Assembly (NCBI GenBank): GCA_038881595.1
Contig: JAVZPM010000002.1
Coordinates: 59,254-123,253, forward strand
Source of the DNA: Candidatus Micrarchaeia archaeon
GTDB taxonomy: Archaea > Micrarchaeota > Micrarchaeia > CABMEP01
DNA length: 64,000 nucleotides
Direction: 5' to 3'
The translations under genes and the position numbers were made by a program. The notes beneath the pieces are model-generated. The model was not told the DNA's origin, did not search any database, and worked only from the letters and a program-made list of their open reading frames with translations. This document shows, piece after piece, positions 18,346-29,186 of this stretch. The first letter of the stretch is position 1. Each line of letters starts with the position of its first letter.

Positions 18346-20920
18346 CTACAGGTGTTAATAGCTCTTCTTTTATTTTCTTTATTTTCATAGTGTCTCTTCC
18401 ATCTCCACCGTATATGAATTGTATTATCTTTCCACTTCCGTCTCTAACACTGTAATCATCTTTTACAACTAAGTCCTGAAGTGCATTAATCATTCTTCTT
18501 TGCATGTATCCTGATCTTGCAGTTCTTATTGCAGTGTTAACTATAGATTCTCTTGCAGACATGGATTGGAAGAAGTACTCAATTGGATTAAGACCATCTA
18601 TGAAATTGGATCTAATAAATCCTCGAGCTACAGCACTTAAATCCTTTGGTTTGAAGTGAGAGAGCGTTCTATATCTATACCCTCTATGTAATCTTTTTTC
18701 TCTTACTACTTGCTGTGCGATTGCTCCAGACATCTGAGTAACGTTTGTCATAGAACCTCTTGCTCCGATCTTTGCTATTATAATCGCCTTATTTTCCTGA
18801 CCTAAGTCCTCTTCTAATACTTTACTTATATCGTTTCTAATTTTTCCAAGAGTATCAACTGATTTACTCTCTAAGGTTTCTTTAAGGCTCTTTCCAGGTT
18901 CTCTTTCAAGAGTTTTATTCTTATATTGCATTATGTATACATTTACTTGCTTTTCTGCATTTTCAACAATTTCTTTGATCTTTTTCTTTCCTTCTTCAGA
19001 TATAGTATAATCCTTCAAACTTACAGTCATTCCCTTTATAGTTATAATTTCAGCTGCAATTCTTCCGATAGCATCTATGAATTTTCTTGCTTCTTCATTT
19101 CCATAATTTAGGGTTATTGCTTCTACAATCGCATTTAACGATTTCTTTTCAAAGTATCCACTTATTACTTTTCCATCTTTTATTTCAACAATGCTTTTAT
19201 CACTTCCTTTCTTTCCAATTTTAGATTCAACTCTAAGATTCAATCCCTTTGGCAAAATTTGAGAGAGTATCAATTTTCCACTATATCTATCTTTTACATC
19301 TGGTTTAGGAAGTTCATATATTCCTGCCATAGCTAAAAGGTCTGCTGCTTGACTTTTTGTAAAGGTTGTTTCATCCAGCGATAAGAGATAGGTTCCAGTT
19401 ATACGATCTTGTGTTGGTCCGATTATTGCATGTCCATGACGTGGTGAAATGATTTGTTTCTCTACTAGCATTAATGTTTCGGCCTCTGCTCTTGCCTCTT
19501 CTTTCTGAGGAACATGTATATTCATTTCATCTCCATCGAAATCAGCATTGTATGGAGTTGTAACAGATGGCGGAACTCTGAATGTTTTTCCAGGTAATAT
19601 CTTTACTCTGTGGGCCATTATAGACATTCTGTGGAGTGATGGATAACGATTGAATAATACTATATCTCCATCCATGAGTTGTCTTTCAACAGTCCATCCA
19701 GCAGCAATTTCCTTTATTAATTCTTCTTTATTAGCATCTGTAACCTTTCTTCTTCTTCCGTTTGGAGAGGTTACATAAATAGCTCTTGGTTTTTCGTTTG
19801 AATTTATCATTTTCTTGCATTCTTCAAGGTTCCAGTCAGTAACTTTTACAGGTACAGTTAATTCATCAGCTATCTGTTGTGGCACTCCTACTTCATTTAT
19901 AGATATACATCCATCTGGAGATACTACAGTTCTTGCACTGAAGTTTACTCTCTTTCCAGAAAGGTTATATCTGAATCTTCCCTCCTTCCCTTTGAGACGT
20001 TGTGCCAATGTTTTTAATGGCATTCCTGATCTGTGTGTTGCAGGAGGTATGTTAGGACTTTCATTATTGAAATAAGTAGTAACATGGTATTGTAAGAGTT
20101 CCCATAAATCTTCTATGATAAGTTGTGGCGCTCCTGCGTTTATATTAGATTCCAATCTCTGATTTATTCTCAAAACTTCTACAAGTTTATGAGTAAGGTT
20201 GTCTTCGCTTCTTTCACCGCTTTCAAGAGTTATAGAAGGTCTCACATTGACAGGTGGGACAGGTAAAACAGTGAGAACTGCCCATTCGGGTCTGCTGTAT
20301 TCTGGATCAAAGCCAAGTTCTCTTAAGTCGTCATCTGAAATCTTTGCAAGCCTATCTCTTACCTCTGTAGGAAGCATTAATCTGTCATCTTCATAGAAGT
20401 TGGTTGGTCTTTCAAACTTTATTTCTTTTTGTTCAGTTTGACAGTGAGGACATTTTTTAACTTTCTTAGTTCTTGCAAGAAATGTTGCAATCATTTCATC
20501 TCTTGTCATTAAGCTACTTTTTATTTCATCTATTTCCTCCTTTGCAAGTAGTACCTTTCCACATGAATTACAAGTTGACCTTAGAAACATATATATCATT
20601 GGAGCAAATTCTGGATGTATCACAGGCCTTATCAGTTCTATTGAACCAAAGTGACCAGGGCAAGTTCTGACTGTTCCTCCACATGTCTTGCATCTTAAAC
20701 CAGGATCTATAACACCCATTCTTAAGTCTGCAAACCCTCCTTCGATAGGATACCCATCATCATTATATGTATCAGGTACAAAAAGTTTTACTGCAGACAT
20801 TTTTCTAATCATCTCTGGAGAGAAAAGAGTGAATTTTATCTTACTTATGTATTTTTCTAAAATTTCATTTTCATCCAATGTAACCACGATACCACCATTA
20901 ATGTTATAAAAACTATTCAT
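18326..20920 (-). CDS. rpoA1: DNA-directed RNA polymerase subunit A'
   Basis: 864 aa with Zn-binding Cys clusters and the NADFDGDEMN catalytic motif. Confidence 0.95.
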   Translation of the reverse strand: MNSFYNINGGIVVTLDENEILEKYISKIKFTLFSPEMIRKMSAVKLFVPDTYNDDGYPIEGGFADLRMGVIDPGLRCKTCGGTVRTCPGHFGSIELIRPVIHPEFAPMIYMFLRSTCNSCGKVLLAKEEIDEIKSSLMTRDEMIATFLARTKKVKKCPHCQTEQKEIKFERPTNFYEDDRLMLPTEVRDRLAKISDDDLRELGFDPEYSRPEWAVLTVLPVPPVNVRPSITLESGERSEDNLTHKLVEVLRINQRLESNINAGAPQLIIEDLWELLQYHVTTYFNNESPNIPPATHRSGMPLKTLAQRLKGKEGRFRYNLSGKRVNFSARTVVSPDGCISINEVGVPQQIADELTVPVKVTDWNLEECKKMINSNEKPRAIYVTSPNGRRRKVTDANKEELIKEIAAGWTVERQLMDGDIVLFNRYPSLHRMSIMAHRVKILPGKTFRVPPSVTTPYNADFDGDEMNIHVPQKEEARAEAETLMLVEKQIISPRHGHAIIGPTQDRITGTYLLSLDETTFTKSQAADLLAMAGIYELPKPDVKDRYSGKLILSQILPKGLNLRVESKIGKKGSDKSIVEIKDGKVISGYFEKKSLNAIVEAITLNYGNEEARKFIDAIGRIAAEIITIKGMTVSLKDYTISEEGKKKIKEIVENAEKQVNVYIMQYKNKTLEREPGKSLKETLESKSVDTLGKIRNDISKVLEEDLGQENKAIIIAKIGARGSMTNVTQMSGAIAQQVVREKRLHRGYRYRTLSHFKPKDLSAVARGFIRSNFIDGLNPIEYFFQSMSARESIVNTAIRTARSGYMQRRMINALQDLVVKDDYSVRDGSGKIIQFIYGGDGRDTMKIKKIKEELLTPVGVPEKE

Positions 20921-22751
20921 CTGTCTTATTGCTTGTAATCATTCTCGGGAATATTCCAAGTGATTTTATTTCATCAATTAGGAGTTTGAATGCATAAGAC
21001 ATTTCTACTTGTGAGAAGTTTGTAGAATCGCAGATAGGACAGATTGGTTTGTTCTTTAGATAGTCATAATATGCAAATGATCCACAATCATTGCAGATTA
21101 TTTGGACTGTTTTATCAGATTCATCCATTAAACGCTCTTTTAGTAGCATTGTTGCTCCATATCCTATAATACAGTCTCTTTCCATTTCACCTAATCTAAG
21201 ACCACCTTCTCTTGATCTTCCTTCTGTTGGTTGGTGGGTCAAAAGTTGTACTGGACCTCTGCTTCTTGCATGTATTTTGTTAGAGACAAGATGCTGTAGT
21301 CTTTGATAGTAGATTACACCTATGAATATTTCTGCTTCAATTCTTTCTCCTGTAACACCATCATAAAGAACTTCATAACCATCAGATTCAAATCCATATT
21401 TCTTTAAAGTTTCTTTGGCCTCCTCCAAATTCGCTGGTGTGAAAGTAGTTCCATCAACACGTTTTCCTTCGAAACAAGCAGCCTTTCCTAAGAGTGTTTC
21501 AAGAAGATGACCAACTGTCATACGAGAAGGAATTGCATGTGGGTTAATAATCAAATCAGGTACGATACCGTCTTTTGTAAATGGCATACTCTCCTGAGGC
21601 ACAAGTAACCCTATAACTCCTTTTTGTCCATGTCTAGATGCAACTTTATCACCATTTTCTGGTATTTTAGTTTCTCTTACTCTAACTTTTACCATTTTGT
21701 TTCCAGATGGACTTTGAGTAATAAGAACAGAGTCAACAATTCCTTTTTCTTCTGCCTTAAGGGTAACCGAACTTTCTTTCTTTTTCTCTTCAGCAATTCC
21801 AAATGCGCTTACTTCTTCAAGGAATCTTGGAGGAGAGGTTTTTCCTATTAACACATCTCTTCCTCCTACTTCTACCCCTGGTGAGATTAATCCGTCCTCA
21901 TCTAAATACTTATATGCTGTCTCTCCTCTATATCCGTTAACTGTAGGAGCAGGAATTTCAAATCTATCCTTTTGTCCTCCTGGATATCTTCTTTCCTCTG
22001 TTGAATATGTTTTAAACATTTCAACTCTAAGTAATCCTCTATCTACAGCAGATTTGTTAACAACAACCGCATCTTCCATGTTGAATCCTCTATAACTCAT
22101 TACTGCAACAACCAAATTATTTCCTCCGATTCTTTTATCAGTTCCAAGTATTCTTTGAGGTCTAGTTGTTACAATTGGAGTTTGAGGATAAAACATTACA
22201 TATGCCTTTGTATCATATCTTAATGAATAATTGGAAGCAAATAACCCAAGTGCCTGTTTAGCCATAGAGCAAGCCATGGTAGTTCTTGGTGATGAATTGT
22301 ATTCTTGCATTGGCAGTTGAGATGTGACAAAACTGAGTATACCTACAGGATCAATTTCAAGATGTGTATGCTCTGGTGTTATGTCTTCTTCTCTAACTGC
22401 TATGTAAGAAAGAGTATCTTCCTCTCCTGGATCCAAATATTCTATTATACCGTTTCTTATTAAATCCTTCCATTCGATTTCGTTGTTTTTTATTTTTGCT
22501 TTGATTTCTGGGGTTAGTTTTGATTTTCCATTTTCTACTATTATTAAAGGTCTTCTGCTTCTGCCTCCATCGCTGTTTATGTAGACTTCTTTAAGCTTCG
22601 GATAAAATTCTACATTAACCTCGTGATTTATTTCTCCATTTCTTCTTTTTCTAATTATTTCACGTACAAGCTCTTCACCATTTGGATGAGAACCAACAAT
22701 TTTACCATTAAGATATACTATGAATTCATCATTTTTCTTTGCCACGTTCAC
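20913..22751 (-). CDS. rpoB1: DNA-directed RNA polymerase subunit B' (C-terminal half of split RpoB)
   Basis: Rpb2 C-terminal domains including GEMERDC and a C-terminal Cys4 Zn ribbon. Confidence 0.95.
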   Translation of the reverse strand: MNVAKKNDEFIVYLNGKIVGSHPNGEELVREIIRKRRNGEINHEVNVEFYPKLKEVYINSDGGRSRRPLIIVENGKSKLTPEIKAKIKNNEIEWKDLIRNGIIEYLDPGEEDTLSYIAVREEDITPEHTHLEIDPVGILSFVTSQLPMQEYNSSPRTTMACSMAKQALGLFASNYSLRYDTKAYVMFYPQTPIVTTRPQRILGTDKRIGGNNLVVAVMSYRGFNMEDAVVVNKSAVDRGLLRVEMFKTYSTEERRYPGGQKDRFEIPAPTVNGYRGETAYKYLDEDGLISPGVEVGGRDVLIGKTSPPRFLEEVSAFGIAEEKKKESSVTLKAEEKGIVDSVLITQSPSGNKMVKVRVRETKIPENGDKVASRHGQKGVIGLLVPQESMPFTKDGIVPDLIINPHAIPSRMTVGHLLETLLGKAACFEGKRVDGTTFTPANLEEAKETLKKYGFESDGYEVLYDGVTGERIEAEIFIGVIYYQRLQHLVSNKIHARSRGPVQLLTHQPTEGRSREGGLRLGEMERDCIIGYGATMLLKERLMDESDKTVQIICNDCGSFAYYDYLKNKPICPICDSTNFSQVEMSYAFKLLIDEIKSLGIFPRMITSNKTDE

Positions 22752-22798
22752 ACCTTTTAATTTAGTATTAACATTAAATATTGAAATTTATCATCGAC

Positions 22799-24265
22799 TC
22801 ATTTCATAGCTTTTACTCCAATTTTCTTTAGAATACTTTCCACTTCTTTTTCATCTACTCCAATTGAAATCTCATTTGTTAAGGCCATATTCTTAACTAG
22901 AGAGGCAGATGAGCCTTCAGGAGTTTCGTTTGGACATAATCTTCCAAATTGAGTTCCATGCAGATCTCTTGCTTCAAAGTGAGGATGCACTCTGCTAAGT
23001 GGTGAATTGATTCTTCTTAAATGGGAAACTGTCGCTAGATAAGAGACTCTATCAAGAAGCTGACATACTCCGGTTTGCCCCGCTATCCAGTTTCCAGTAG
23101 CCATCGCATATCTTATTCTATCACTTAAAGAATCAGGTCTAACAAATGTTTGTACATCTTGCAACCTTCTTCCTCTTGCAACAGCTCTTTCTGCTTGGTA
23201 GGCTATATCTCTTACCAAGAACTGGAATGAGTATCTAAATAACTCTTCCATCAAAACTCCACTTAATTTAATTCTTTTATTTCCATAATGATCTTTATCA
23301 TCTGCAGGATATTTCTTGTTTGCTACAAGTGTTGTTCTTTGTGCCATTAATGCAAGGAATTTTGCTTTAAGATGCTTTGCAGCAGGAGTAGTTCCAAAGT
23401 GAGGTAGTAAATAATTGTTTAATAACACTTCTACTCTTTTGTCTCTATATTCTTTGGGTTGTCCAGGAACTGCTTTTTTACCGATCTCATCTATTGCATC
23501 ATCAACAGTCTTTACCTCACCAATTTCTATATTTAAAAGCACATCATTGATTACATGCTTATCATCGTCAAATAATTCAAGTATATCATCATCTTTCTTT
23601 ATTCCAAGAGCACGAAGTACAACCATAAATGGTAGTTTAGGTGGAGCAGCTGGAAATTCAATAGTCCATGTACCATCTTCTGATCTGTTTACCGCACATC
23701 TCATTCTTGCTCCGCCGCTCTGTGAAAATATTTTCGCTGTGATTATCGATCCTTGTTTTTCTTTGGTTACCATAATTCTATTTGCAATCAAATCTTCTAT
23801 TCCGATTAAAACTCTCTCTGTTCCATTTATGATCATATATCCTCCTGGATCCATTGGGTCTTCTCCTGCTTTTATCAGTTCTCCTCTGGACATTCCTTCG
23901 GTATAACATATTTTTGACCTTACCATAGCAGGGACATCTCCGATATAAGCAATTGTGGTTTTTCTTTCAATATCATTTATTATAGGGGTTATTTCCATGT
24001 ATACTCTTCCAGCATAAGTAAGATCTCTTTGCCTAGCTTCCATAGGTAAAATAGGTCTTGTTGCAGAATCAGATTCGATAACAATAGGTTTTTCAACCCA
24101 GGCCCTCCCAAGTTTAAGTTCATAATTCGGAACATTAGGTCTTATTACTCCAACTGAACTTACTATTTTTTGTATCCCTTCTTCTATAAATCTATTATAT
24201 GAGTCAAGATGCTGCTTGACTAATTTATTTTCATTTAAATATTTCTCTAATAGATCCTTTGTCAC
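22799..24265 (-). CDS. rpoB2: DNA-directed RNA polymerase subunit B'' (N-terminal half of split RpoB)
   Basis: Rpb2 N-terminal protrusion/lobe region; immediately upstream of B'. Confidence 0.95.
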   Translation of the reverse strand: MTKDLLEKYLNENKLVKQHLDSYNRFIEEGIQKIVSSVGVIRPNVPNYELKLGRAWVEKPIVIESDSATRPILPMEARQRDLTYAGRVYMEITPIINDIERKTTIAYIGDVPAMVRSKICYTEGMSRGELIKAGEDPMDPGGYMIINGTERVLIGIEDLIANRIMVTKEKQGSIITAKIFSQSGGARMRCAVNRSEDGTWTIEFPAAPPKLPFMVVLRALGIKKDDDILELFDDDKHVINDVLLNIEIGEVKTVDDAIDEIGKKAVPGQPKEYRDKRVEVLLNNYLLPHFGTTPAAKHLKAKFLALMAQRTTLVANKKYPADDKDHYGNKRIKLSGVLMEELFRYSFQFLVRDIAYQAERAVARGRRLQDVQTFVRPDSLSDRIRYAMATGNWIAGQTGVCQLLDRVSYLATVSHLRRINSPLSRVHPHFEARDLHGTQFGRLCPNETPEGSSASLVKNMALTNEISIGVDEKEVESILKKIGVKAMK

Positions 24266-24350
24266 GTAATCATCCCCATGAGCTAGATTTTATATTTTTT
24301 AGATCTCATTCGAGATCTAAACTTTTAGATCGAGATCAAAATAAGACTCA

Positions 24351-24617
24351 TCAAACAACTACTCTGTAATAAATGTTTTTTGCATGTTTTTCTTCTCTGT
24401 GTATTCTTATTATGTCTCCTTTTTTCGGATTAAGATGCCTTATAGCTGGATCATCTATTTTTATTTTTGGTAACTGTTCCTTTGTAGCATTAAGGCTCTC
24501 CAGTAACTTTTTTTCATCTTCTTCTTTTACTATTTCATGTTTAGGAATTAGTTTATGCACTATAGGTTCATTTTCAAAATTCGAAATTTTGGGTTTTTTA
24601 ACCTTAGTTTTGGCCAA
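24351..24617 (-). CDS. rpoH: DNA-directed RNA polymerase subunit H (Rpb5-like)
   Basis: 88 aa, HKLIPKHEIV...YRVVV matches RpoH; first gene of the RNAP operon. Confidence 0.85.
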   Translation of the reverse strand: MAKTKVKKPKISNFENEPIVHKLIPKHEIVKEEDEKKLLESLNATKEQLPKIKIDDPAIRHLNPKKGDIIRIHREEKHAKNIYYRVVV

Positions 24618-24845
24618 ATTATCACCATAGAATGCCGGTTAGATATCACTAAGGATAGCCTAACAACTAGCATTTCTTTCAGAGATCTAGATCTAAAAGC
24701 AAATTATATTAGTTATTAAGATTTATAAATATTTTGTTACTTTTAGATTTTTTTCTTTTTAATCTACCAGTGATATTTTTTGGTTAGTTTTTTAAAACTC
24801 ACTATATATTTCAATAATATAATTTAATGTTTAATCAGTGATAAG

Positions 24846-25214
24846 ATGAACGATATAGGAGAGCAGCTTTCTTTAGTACTTAAAGAAATTAAAAGTTCAG
24901 GAGATGTCGAGGCTTCTGTTATAATGAGAAGAGATGGAATAATTATATCTTCAGATTTTCAAGATATTTCTTCAAAAAATCTTTCAGTTATGTCCTCACT
25001 TATTTCAGTTGCTGAGTTATCTTCTTTAGAATTAAAACGTGGCGTTTTTCAAGAGATGATGATTGAAAGTGAAAATGGTAAGATTATTTTGATCAATGCA
25101 GGAAAAAATGCAGTTTTACTTTCATTTGTTAAAAAAGAAGGAAATATAGGTTTTATTTTAATTACTTTAGAAAGTGCAGCAAAAAAAATACAAAGTATAA
25201 TTGATAAAATTTAG
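24846..25214 (+). CDS. Roadblock/LC7 (MglB-like) domain protein
   Basis: About 120 aa with a Roadblock-like pattern (ASVIMRRDGIIISS ... KIILINAGKNAVLLSFV). Confidence 0.55.
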   Translation: MNDIGEQLSLVLKEIKSSGDVEASVIMRRDGIIISSDFQDISSKNLSVMSSLISVAELSSLELKRGVFQEMMIESENGKIILINAGKNAVLLSFVKKEGNIGFILITLESAAKKIQSIIDKI

Positions 25215-25230
25215 ATATTATATTTGATAG

Positions 25231-25977
25231 GTGGATCGAATGGAAAATACAGTAAAGAAAAAGTTATTCTTTACCTCTCTTCCTAGGGTTCCTTCAGGTA
25301 TATTTGGACTTGATGACATGATGGAGGGAGGTTTCGAAAAAAACAGTTTAAATCTCATATGTGGAGAATCGGGTTCAGGAAAAACTTTGTTTGCAATGCA
25401 ATTCATTTTCTTCGGTGCACAAAAATATAACGACAATTCATTATTCATATCATTTGAAGAGACAAAGGATGAATTAAAAAGGAGAATGGCGAGATTCGGA
25501 TTTGATCTTACAGCACAAGAGGCGAGTGGAAAACTTTTGATTTATTCTTATTCTCTAAGAGAAGTAAACAAATTTATTGAAGATCTTCCTAATATAGAAA
25601 GTTTGATAAAAAAGAATAAAATATCTAGAATAGCATTTGATTCTCTTACAACCTACTCTGCTTTCTTCGATAATCCTTCAAGAAGAACACTTGAGATAAT
25701 TTCATTGATCGATAAATTCAAAAAACTAGATTGCACAATTGTTATCACTTCTGATCTTAAAATACCTTCTAAGACATTAGAAGCAGAGGAAGGATTGATC
25801 AATGAATATTTAGTTGATTCGGTAATTTCACTTTATTCTGTGAGAAGGGGAGATATTAGAGATTTTGGACTTGAGATAATAAAAATGAGGGGTACAAATC
25901 ATAGCAGAAAAATTGTTCCAATGAGAATAGTACCTACGGGGATGATAGTATATCCAGATATGCCATTTATTAAGTAA
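25231..25977 (+). CDS. KaiC-like RecA-superfamily ATPase
   Basis: VPSGIFGLDDMMEGGF...ICGESGSGKTLFAMQF (Walker A) plus a downstream hydrophobic-Asp Walker B; single KaiC-type domain. Confidence 0.7.
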   Translation: MDRMENTVKKKLFFTSLPRVPSGIFGLDDMMEGGFEKNSLNLICGESGSGKTLFAMQFIFFGAQKYNDNSLFISFEETKDELKRRMARFGFDLTAQEASGKLLIYSYSLREVNKFIEDLPNIESLIKKNKISRIAFDSLTTYSAFFDNPSRRTLEIISLIDKFKKLDCTIVITSDLKIPSKTLEAEEGLINEYLVDSVISLYSVRRGDIRDFGLEIIKMRGTNHSRKIVPMRIVPTGMIVYPDMPFIK

Positions 25978-26016
25978 TTCTAGAACGATTTGTTTTAATT
26001 GTAAGTTATTTTTTAA

Positions 26017-28041
26017 TTAGACTTTTAGTTCTTTTCTTAGTTCTTTTATTAACTTCTCTTTTCTCTTACTGTCTTTGATTGCATGTTCAATTACATCTAT
26101 GAGGTTGTTTACAGCTATTATCTCTATTTTCTTTCTTTTTTCTTCATCCAATACGATATCATCTAAATTCTCTTTCGGAACAATTACTGCTTTTAATCCT
26201 GCATCAACAGCAGCTTCAACTTTAGCTGTAACTCCGCCTACTGGAAGAACTTCTCCTCTTACGCTTAATGAACCAGTCATTGCAACATCTTGTCTTATTG
26301 CAACTCCTTCCATTGCGCTTAAGACCGCAAGAGCAACAGAAATAGAGGCGCTATCTCCTTCTACACCTTCGTATGTTTGTAAAAATTGAATATGTATGTC
26401 ATAACCAGTTACATCTTTTTTCATATGTTTCTTTATTATTGCACTTACATTGTCAACTGCTTCTTTTGCAATTTCCCCAAGTTTTCCGGTTGCTATAACC
26501 TTTCCTTCGAATTTAGATGAAGCAGGAGTCACTTCTGCAACTATCGGCATTACCAATCCACTGCTTCCATCACCTATCACCGCTAACCCATTCACTCTTC
26601 CGACTTTCGCACCATGAGTCTCTAAAACACTGTATTCTTTCTTTTGTTCAATCATCATATGTGCAATTTGTTGTTCTATTGTTTTTGCAACTCCTTTTGC
26701 CTTAAGTACATGTGATACGTCAGTCACAGGAGAGTTTTCACTTTTTGCTATATCTCCAGCAGCCCTTATAAGACCACCTAGTTCTCTTAATTTTAATGTA
26801 AGTCTTCTTTTTCTACCAGCTTTTCTTTTTGCCTCTTTGATTATTTCTATAACAGCATCTCTTGTGAAGTGAGGTATTTTTCCGTCCTTCTTTACCTCCT
26901 GTGCAACGAATCTAACTAATTTCTCCCTATTTTCCTTAGTGTCCGGCATAGTGTCATTAAGGTATACTTCATATCCGTATCCTCTTATTCTTGATCTTAA
27001 TGCAGGGTGCATATTTTGAAGATCATTTAAATTTCCTGCTGCAACGAGAACAAAGTCACATGGAACTGGTTCAGTTCTAGTTAAAGCACCACTTGACATC
27101 TCACTTTGACCTGTAATTGGGAATTTCTTTTCCTGCATTGCAGTGAGCAGATCTTGTTGTGATTTTGGATTTAACGTTCCAATTTCATCTATATAAAGAA
27201 CACCCATATCAGCTCTATGAATCGCTCCACTCTCAACTCTGAGATGTGCCGGAGTACCCAAACCCCCTGTTTGTAGTGGATCATGTCGTACGTCTCCAAA
27301 AAGGGCTCCTGCTTTAGCACCAGTAGCTTCGATGAAAGGTGCGGTTCTTCTTCCAGTGTTGTCAACTATAAGCTTTGGTTCATTATATTCTTCCCTTCTG
27401 ATTCCACTTTGAAGTCTTGACGTAAACATCCACATTGCAAGAAAGAACAATCCTCCAAGTACAATAGCAGCAATTATTGAAGAGTATTTCTCAATTTCTG
27501 AAAGTACTGAAAGGTCTACGAATTGAAATATTAGCAAACCGATTATGAGAATGATAAGTAATGTAGTTATCCAAGATATGCCACTTTGTTTTTTTGGCAT
27601 TAGTTTTTGCATCTTGCTTGCAAGTATTATTTTTCTTCCTTGTCCAATTTTTTCCTCTTCAGGCGCATTTTCAGGTGGAAGTCCATTAGGGTAGGTAAGT
27701 ACTGTTTTAATCTTTGGATTATTTTCATCGAATTCATTTGGATATACTAATACATCTCTCAGGTTTTCTGCAGGCATTAATTCAGCCATTCCTTGTGCAA
27801 GCATACTTTTCCCAGTACCTGGAGAACCAAGAAGAAGAACGTTTCTTCTCTGTGCAGCAGCTTTCTTTACTATTTCTACTGCCTTATCCTGTCCTATTAT
27901 TTGATCGATTATTTTTTCAGGTATTTTTATTTCTGCGGTTGTATTAAATTTAGGAATAGTTTTTTCAATATCTTCTAAATCTTCACTTATTTTTCTTGTT
28001 TTTTTATTTTCTTTTTTTAATTTTAAAGTTTTCTCTTTCAT
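26017..28041 (-). CDS. lonB: ATP-dependent Lon protease, archaeal membrane-bound LonB type
   Basis: AAA+ Walker [17 protein letters not shown] insertion within the ATPase domain, C-terminal Lon proteolytic domain. Confidence 0.9.
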   Translation of the reverse strand: MKEKTLKLKKENKKTRKISEDLEDIEKTIPKFNTTAEIKIPEKIIDQIIGQDKAVEIVKKAAAQRRNVLLLGSPGTGKSMLAQGMAELMPAENLRDVLVYPNEFDENNPKIKTVLTYPNGLPPENAPEEEKIGQGRKIILASKMQKLMPKKQSGISWITTLLIILIIGLLIFQFVDLSVLSEIEKYSSIIAAIVLGGLFFLAMWMFTSRLQSGIRREEYNEPKLIVDNTGRRTAPFIEATGAKAGALFGDVRHDPLQTGGLGTPAHLRVESGAIHRADMGVLYIDEIGTLNPKSQQDLLTAMQEKKFPITGQSEMSSGALTRTEPVPCDFVLVAAGNLNDLQNMHPALRSRIRGYGYEVYLNDTMPDTKENREKLVRFVAQEVKKDGKIPHFTRDAVIEIIKEAKRKAGRKRRLTLKLRELGGLIRAAGDIAKSENSPVTDVSHVLKAKGVAKTIEQQIAHMMIEQKKEYSVLETHGAKVGRVNGLAVIGDGSSGLVMPIVAEVTPASSKFEGKVIATGKLGEIAKEAVDNVSAIIKKHMKKDVTGYDIHIQFLQTYEGVEGDSASISVALAVLSAMEGVAIRQDVAMTGSLSVRGEVLPVGGVTAKVEAAVDAGLKAVIVPKENLDDIVLDEEKRKKIEIIAVNNLIDVIEHAIKDSKRKEKLIKELRKELKV

Positions 28042-28122
28042 TAAATCACATTATTAATCATATAATATTAATCTAAAAATTTAAAAAAAATATATTTTCA
28101 AAAATATTACATTTTCATCACT

Positions 28123-28911
28123 TTATTTCAATCTTGAAAAAGCAGTATCTCCAGATGGCAGAAGATGAAGTAATTCATCTTTTTTAACATTTAGTTGCTT
28201 TGCGATTTTTTCTGCAACTATATCTTTTGAATATCTTCCAGGTTGCAGAGTAAAACAAATCTTGAATTTATCGGCTCCACTCTCTTCTGGAAGACACAGA
28301 AGTTCACCATTTTCATTTAATCCGATAAGTAATTTTAATTGAACTCCTCTGAAGTAATTTTTTCTTCCTGAAATAAAAAAACTTCCTTTTTGTAGATATT
28401 CTCCAGATGGCGGGGATTTACTTACTTGATCTTTCGTTACATAATAGACATCGACACTTCCATATCCTGTCTTCCATGCGGATGAATAACAAGCAGCAAA
28501 TTGAGCAGTTTGTTTAAGAGAGGATTCTGGTGCATTTTTCCCTTTTTTAAGTACTACAGCAGGAGCTCCAATTATGTCAGCGTGAAAAAATAAATCATCG
28601 TTCTCAAGCCTTTTTTTGACTATTTCTTCATTCTGTCCTGCGCTTTTTCCACCTATTGCTAAAAATCCATCTGTTGTAAAGAACCAATGATACTGACTAT
28701 ACCATTCTTTCTTCTCTTGTTTTTTTTCTTGTTTCTTCTCTTTTTTTTCTTTTAGTCTTTCCGTTTCTTTTTCCATTTCTTTTTTCGTTTCTTCTATTGC
28801 TTTTTTCGTTTCTTCCAGTTTTCTTTTCAACTTTTTGGCATTTTCAAAATAAGTATTTGCATTGTCAAAAACTTCCTTATTTGGATCGATTATTATTTCC
28901 ATATCTATCAA
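28123..28911 (-). CDS. NFACT-R (DUF814) domain protein with N-terminal coiled coil
   Basis: WFFTTDGFLAIGGKSAGQNEEIVKK...LFFHADIIGAPAVVLKKG...AAC YSSAW pattern of the NFACT-R/DUF814 domain; Lys/Glu-rich coiled coil. Confidence 0.55.
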   Translation of the reverse strand: MIDMEIIIDPNKEVFDNANTYFENAKKLKRKLEETKKAIEETKKEMEKETERLKEKKEKKQEKKQEKKEWYSQYHWFFTTDGFLAIGGKSAGQNEEIVKKRLENDDLFFHADIIGAPAVVLKKGKNAPESSLKQTAQFAACYSSAWKTGYGSVDVYYVTKDQVSKSPPSGEYLQKGSFFISGRKNYFRGVQLKLLIGLNENGELLCLPEESGADKFKICFTLQPGRYSKDIVAEKIAKQLNVKKDELLHLLPSGDTAFSRLK

Positions 28912-28969
28912 TACTCGAAATATTATAAATCAGATATTAAGAAGAAAATAAAGATCTTAAAATAAGTCT

Positions 28970-29158
28970 TTATTCTTTTATTTTTGCTGCATATCTACCT
29001 GGGGACTTTATACCTAATTTCTTTGCGATCTCAGAAACTTCTGGATTAATTATTATTACCTCTCCACTCCATCTATCTGTTAATCGTTCGCTTCCACAGA
29101 GCGGACACTTGTTTTGACCTTTTGAAATATATTTACAATCTTTGCATGCTTTTTCCAT
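28970..29158 (-). CDS. spt4: Transcription elongation factor Spt4 / RNAP subunit E''
   Basis: 62 aa Zn ribbon (CKDC...CPLCGS) with C-terminal RYA; adjacent to rpoE. Confidence 0.8.
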   Translation of the reverse strand: MEKACKDCKYISKGQNKCPLCGSERLTDRWSGEVIIINPEVSEIAKKLGIKSPGRYAAKIKE

Positions 29159-29186
29159 ATAAACACCTGTGATTCTTTATATTAAA

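Noticed and set aside
17920-18358. Plus-strand ORFs 17920-18228 and 17957-18358
   Set aside because: They are antisense to rpoA''; their composition is consistent with a shadow ORF.
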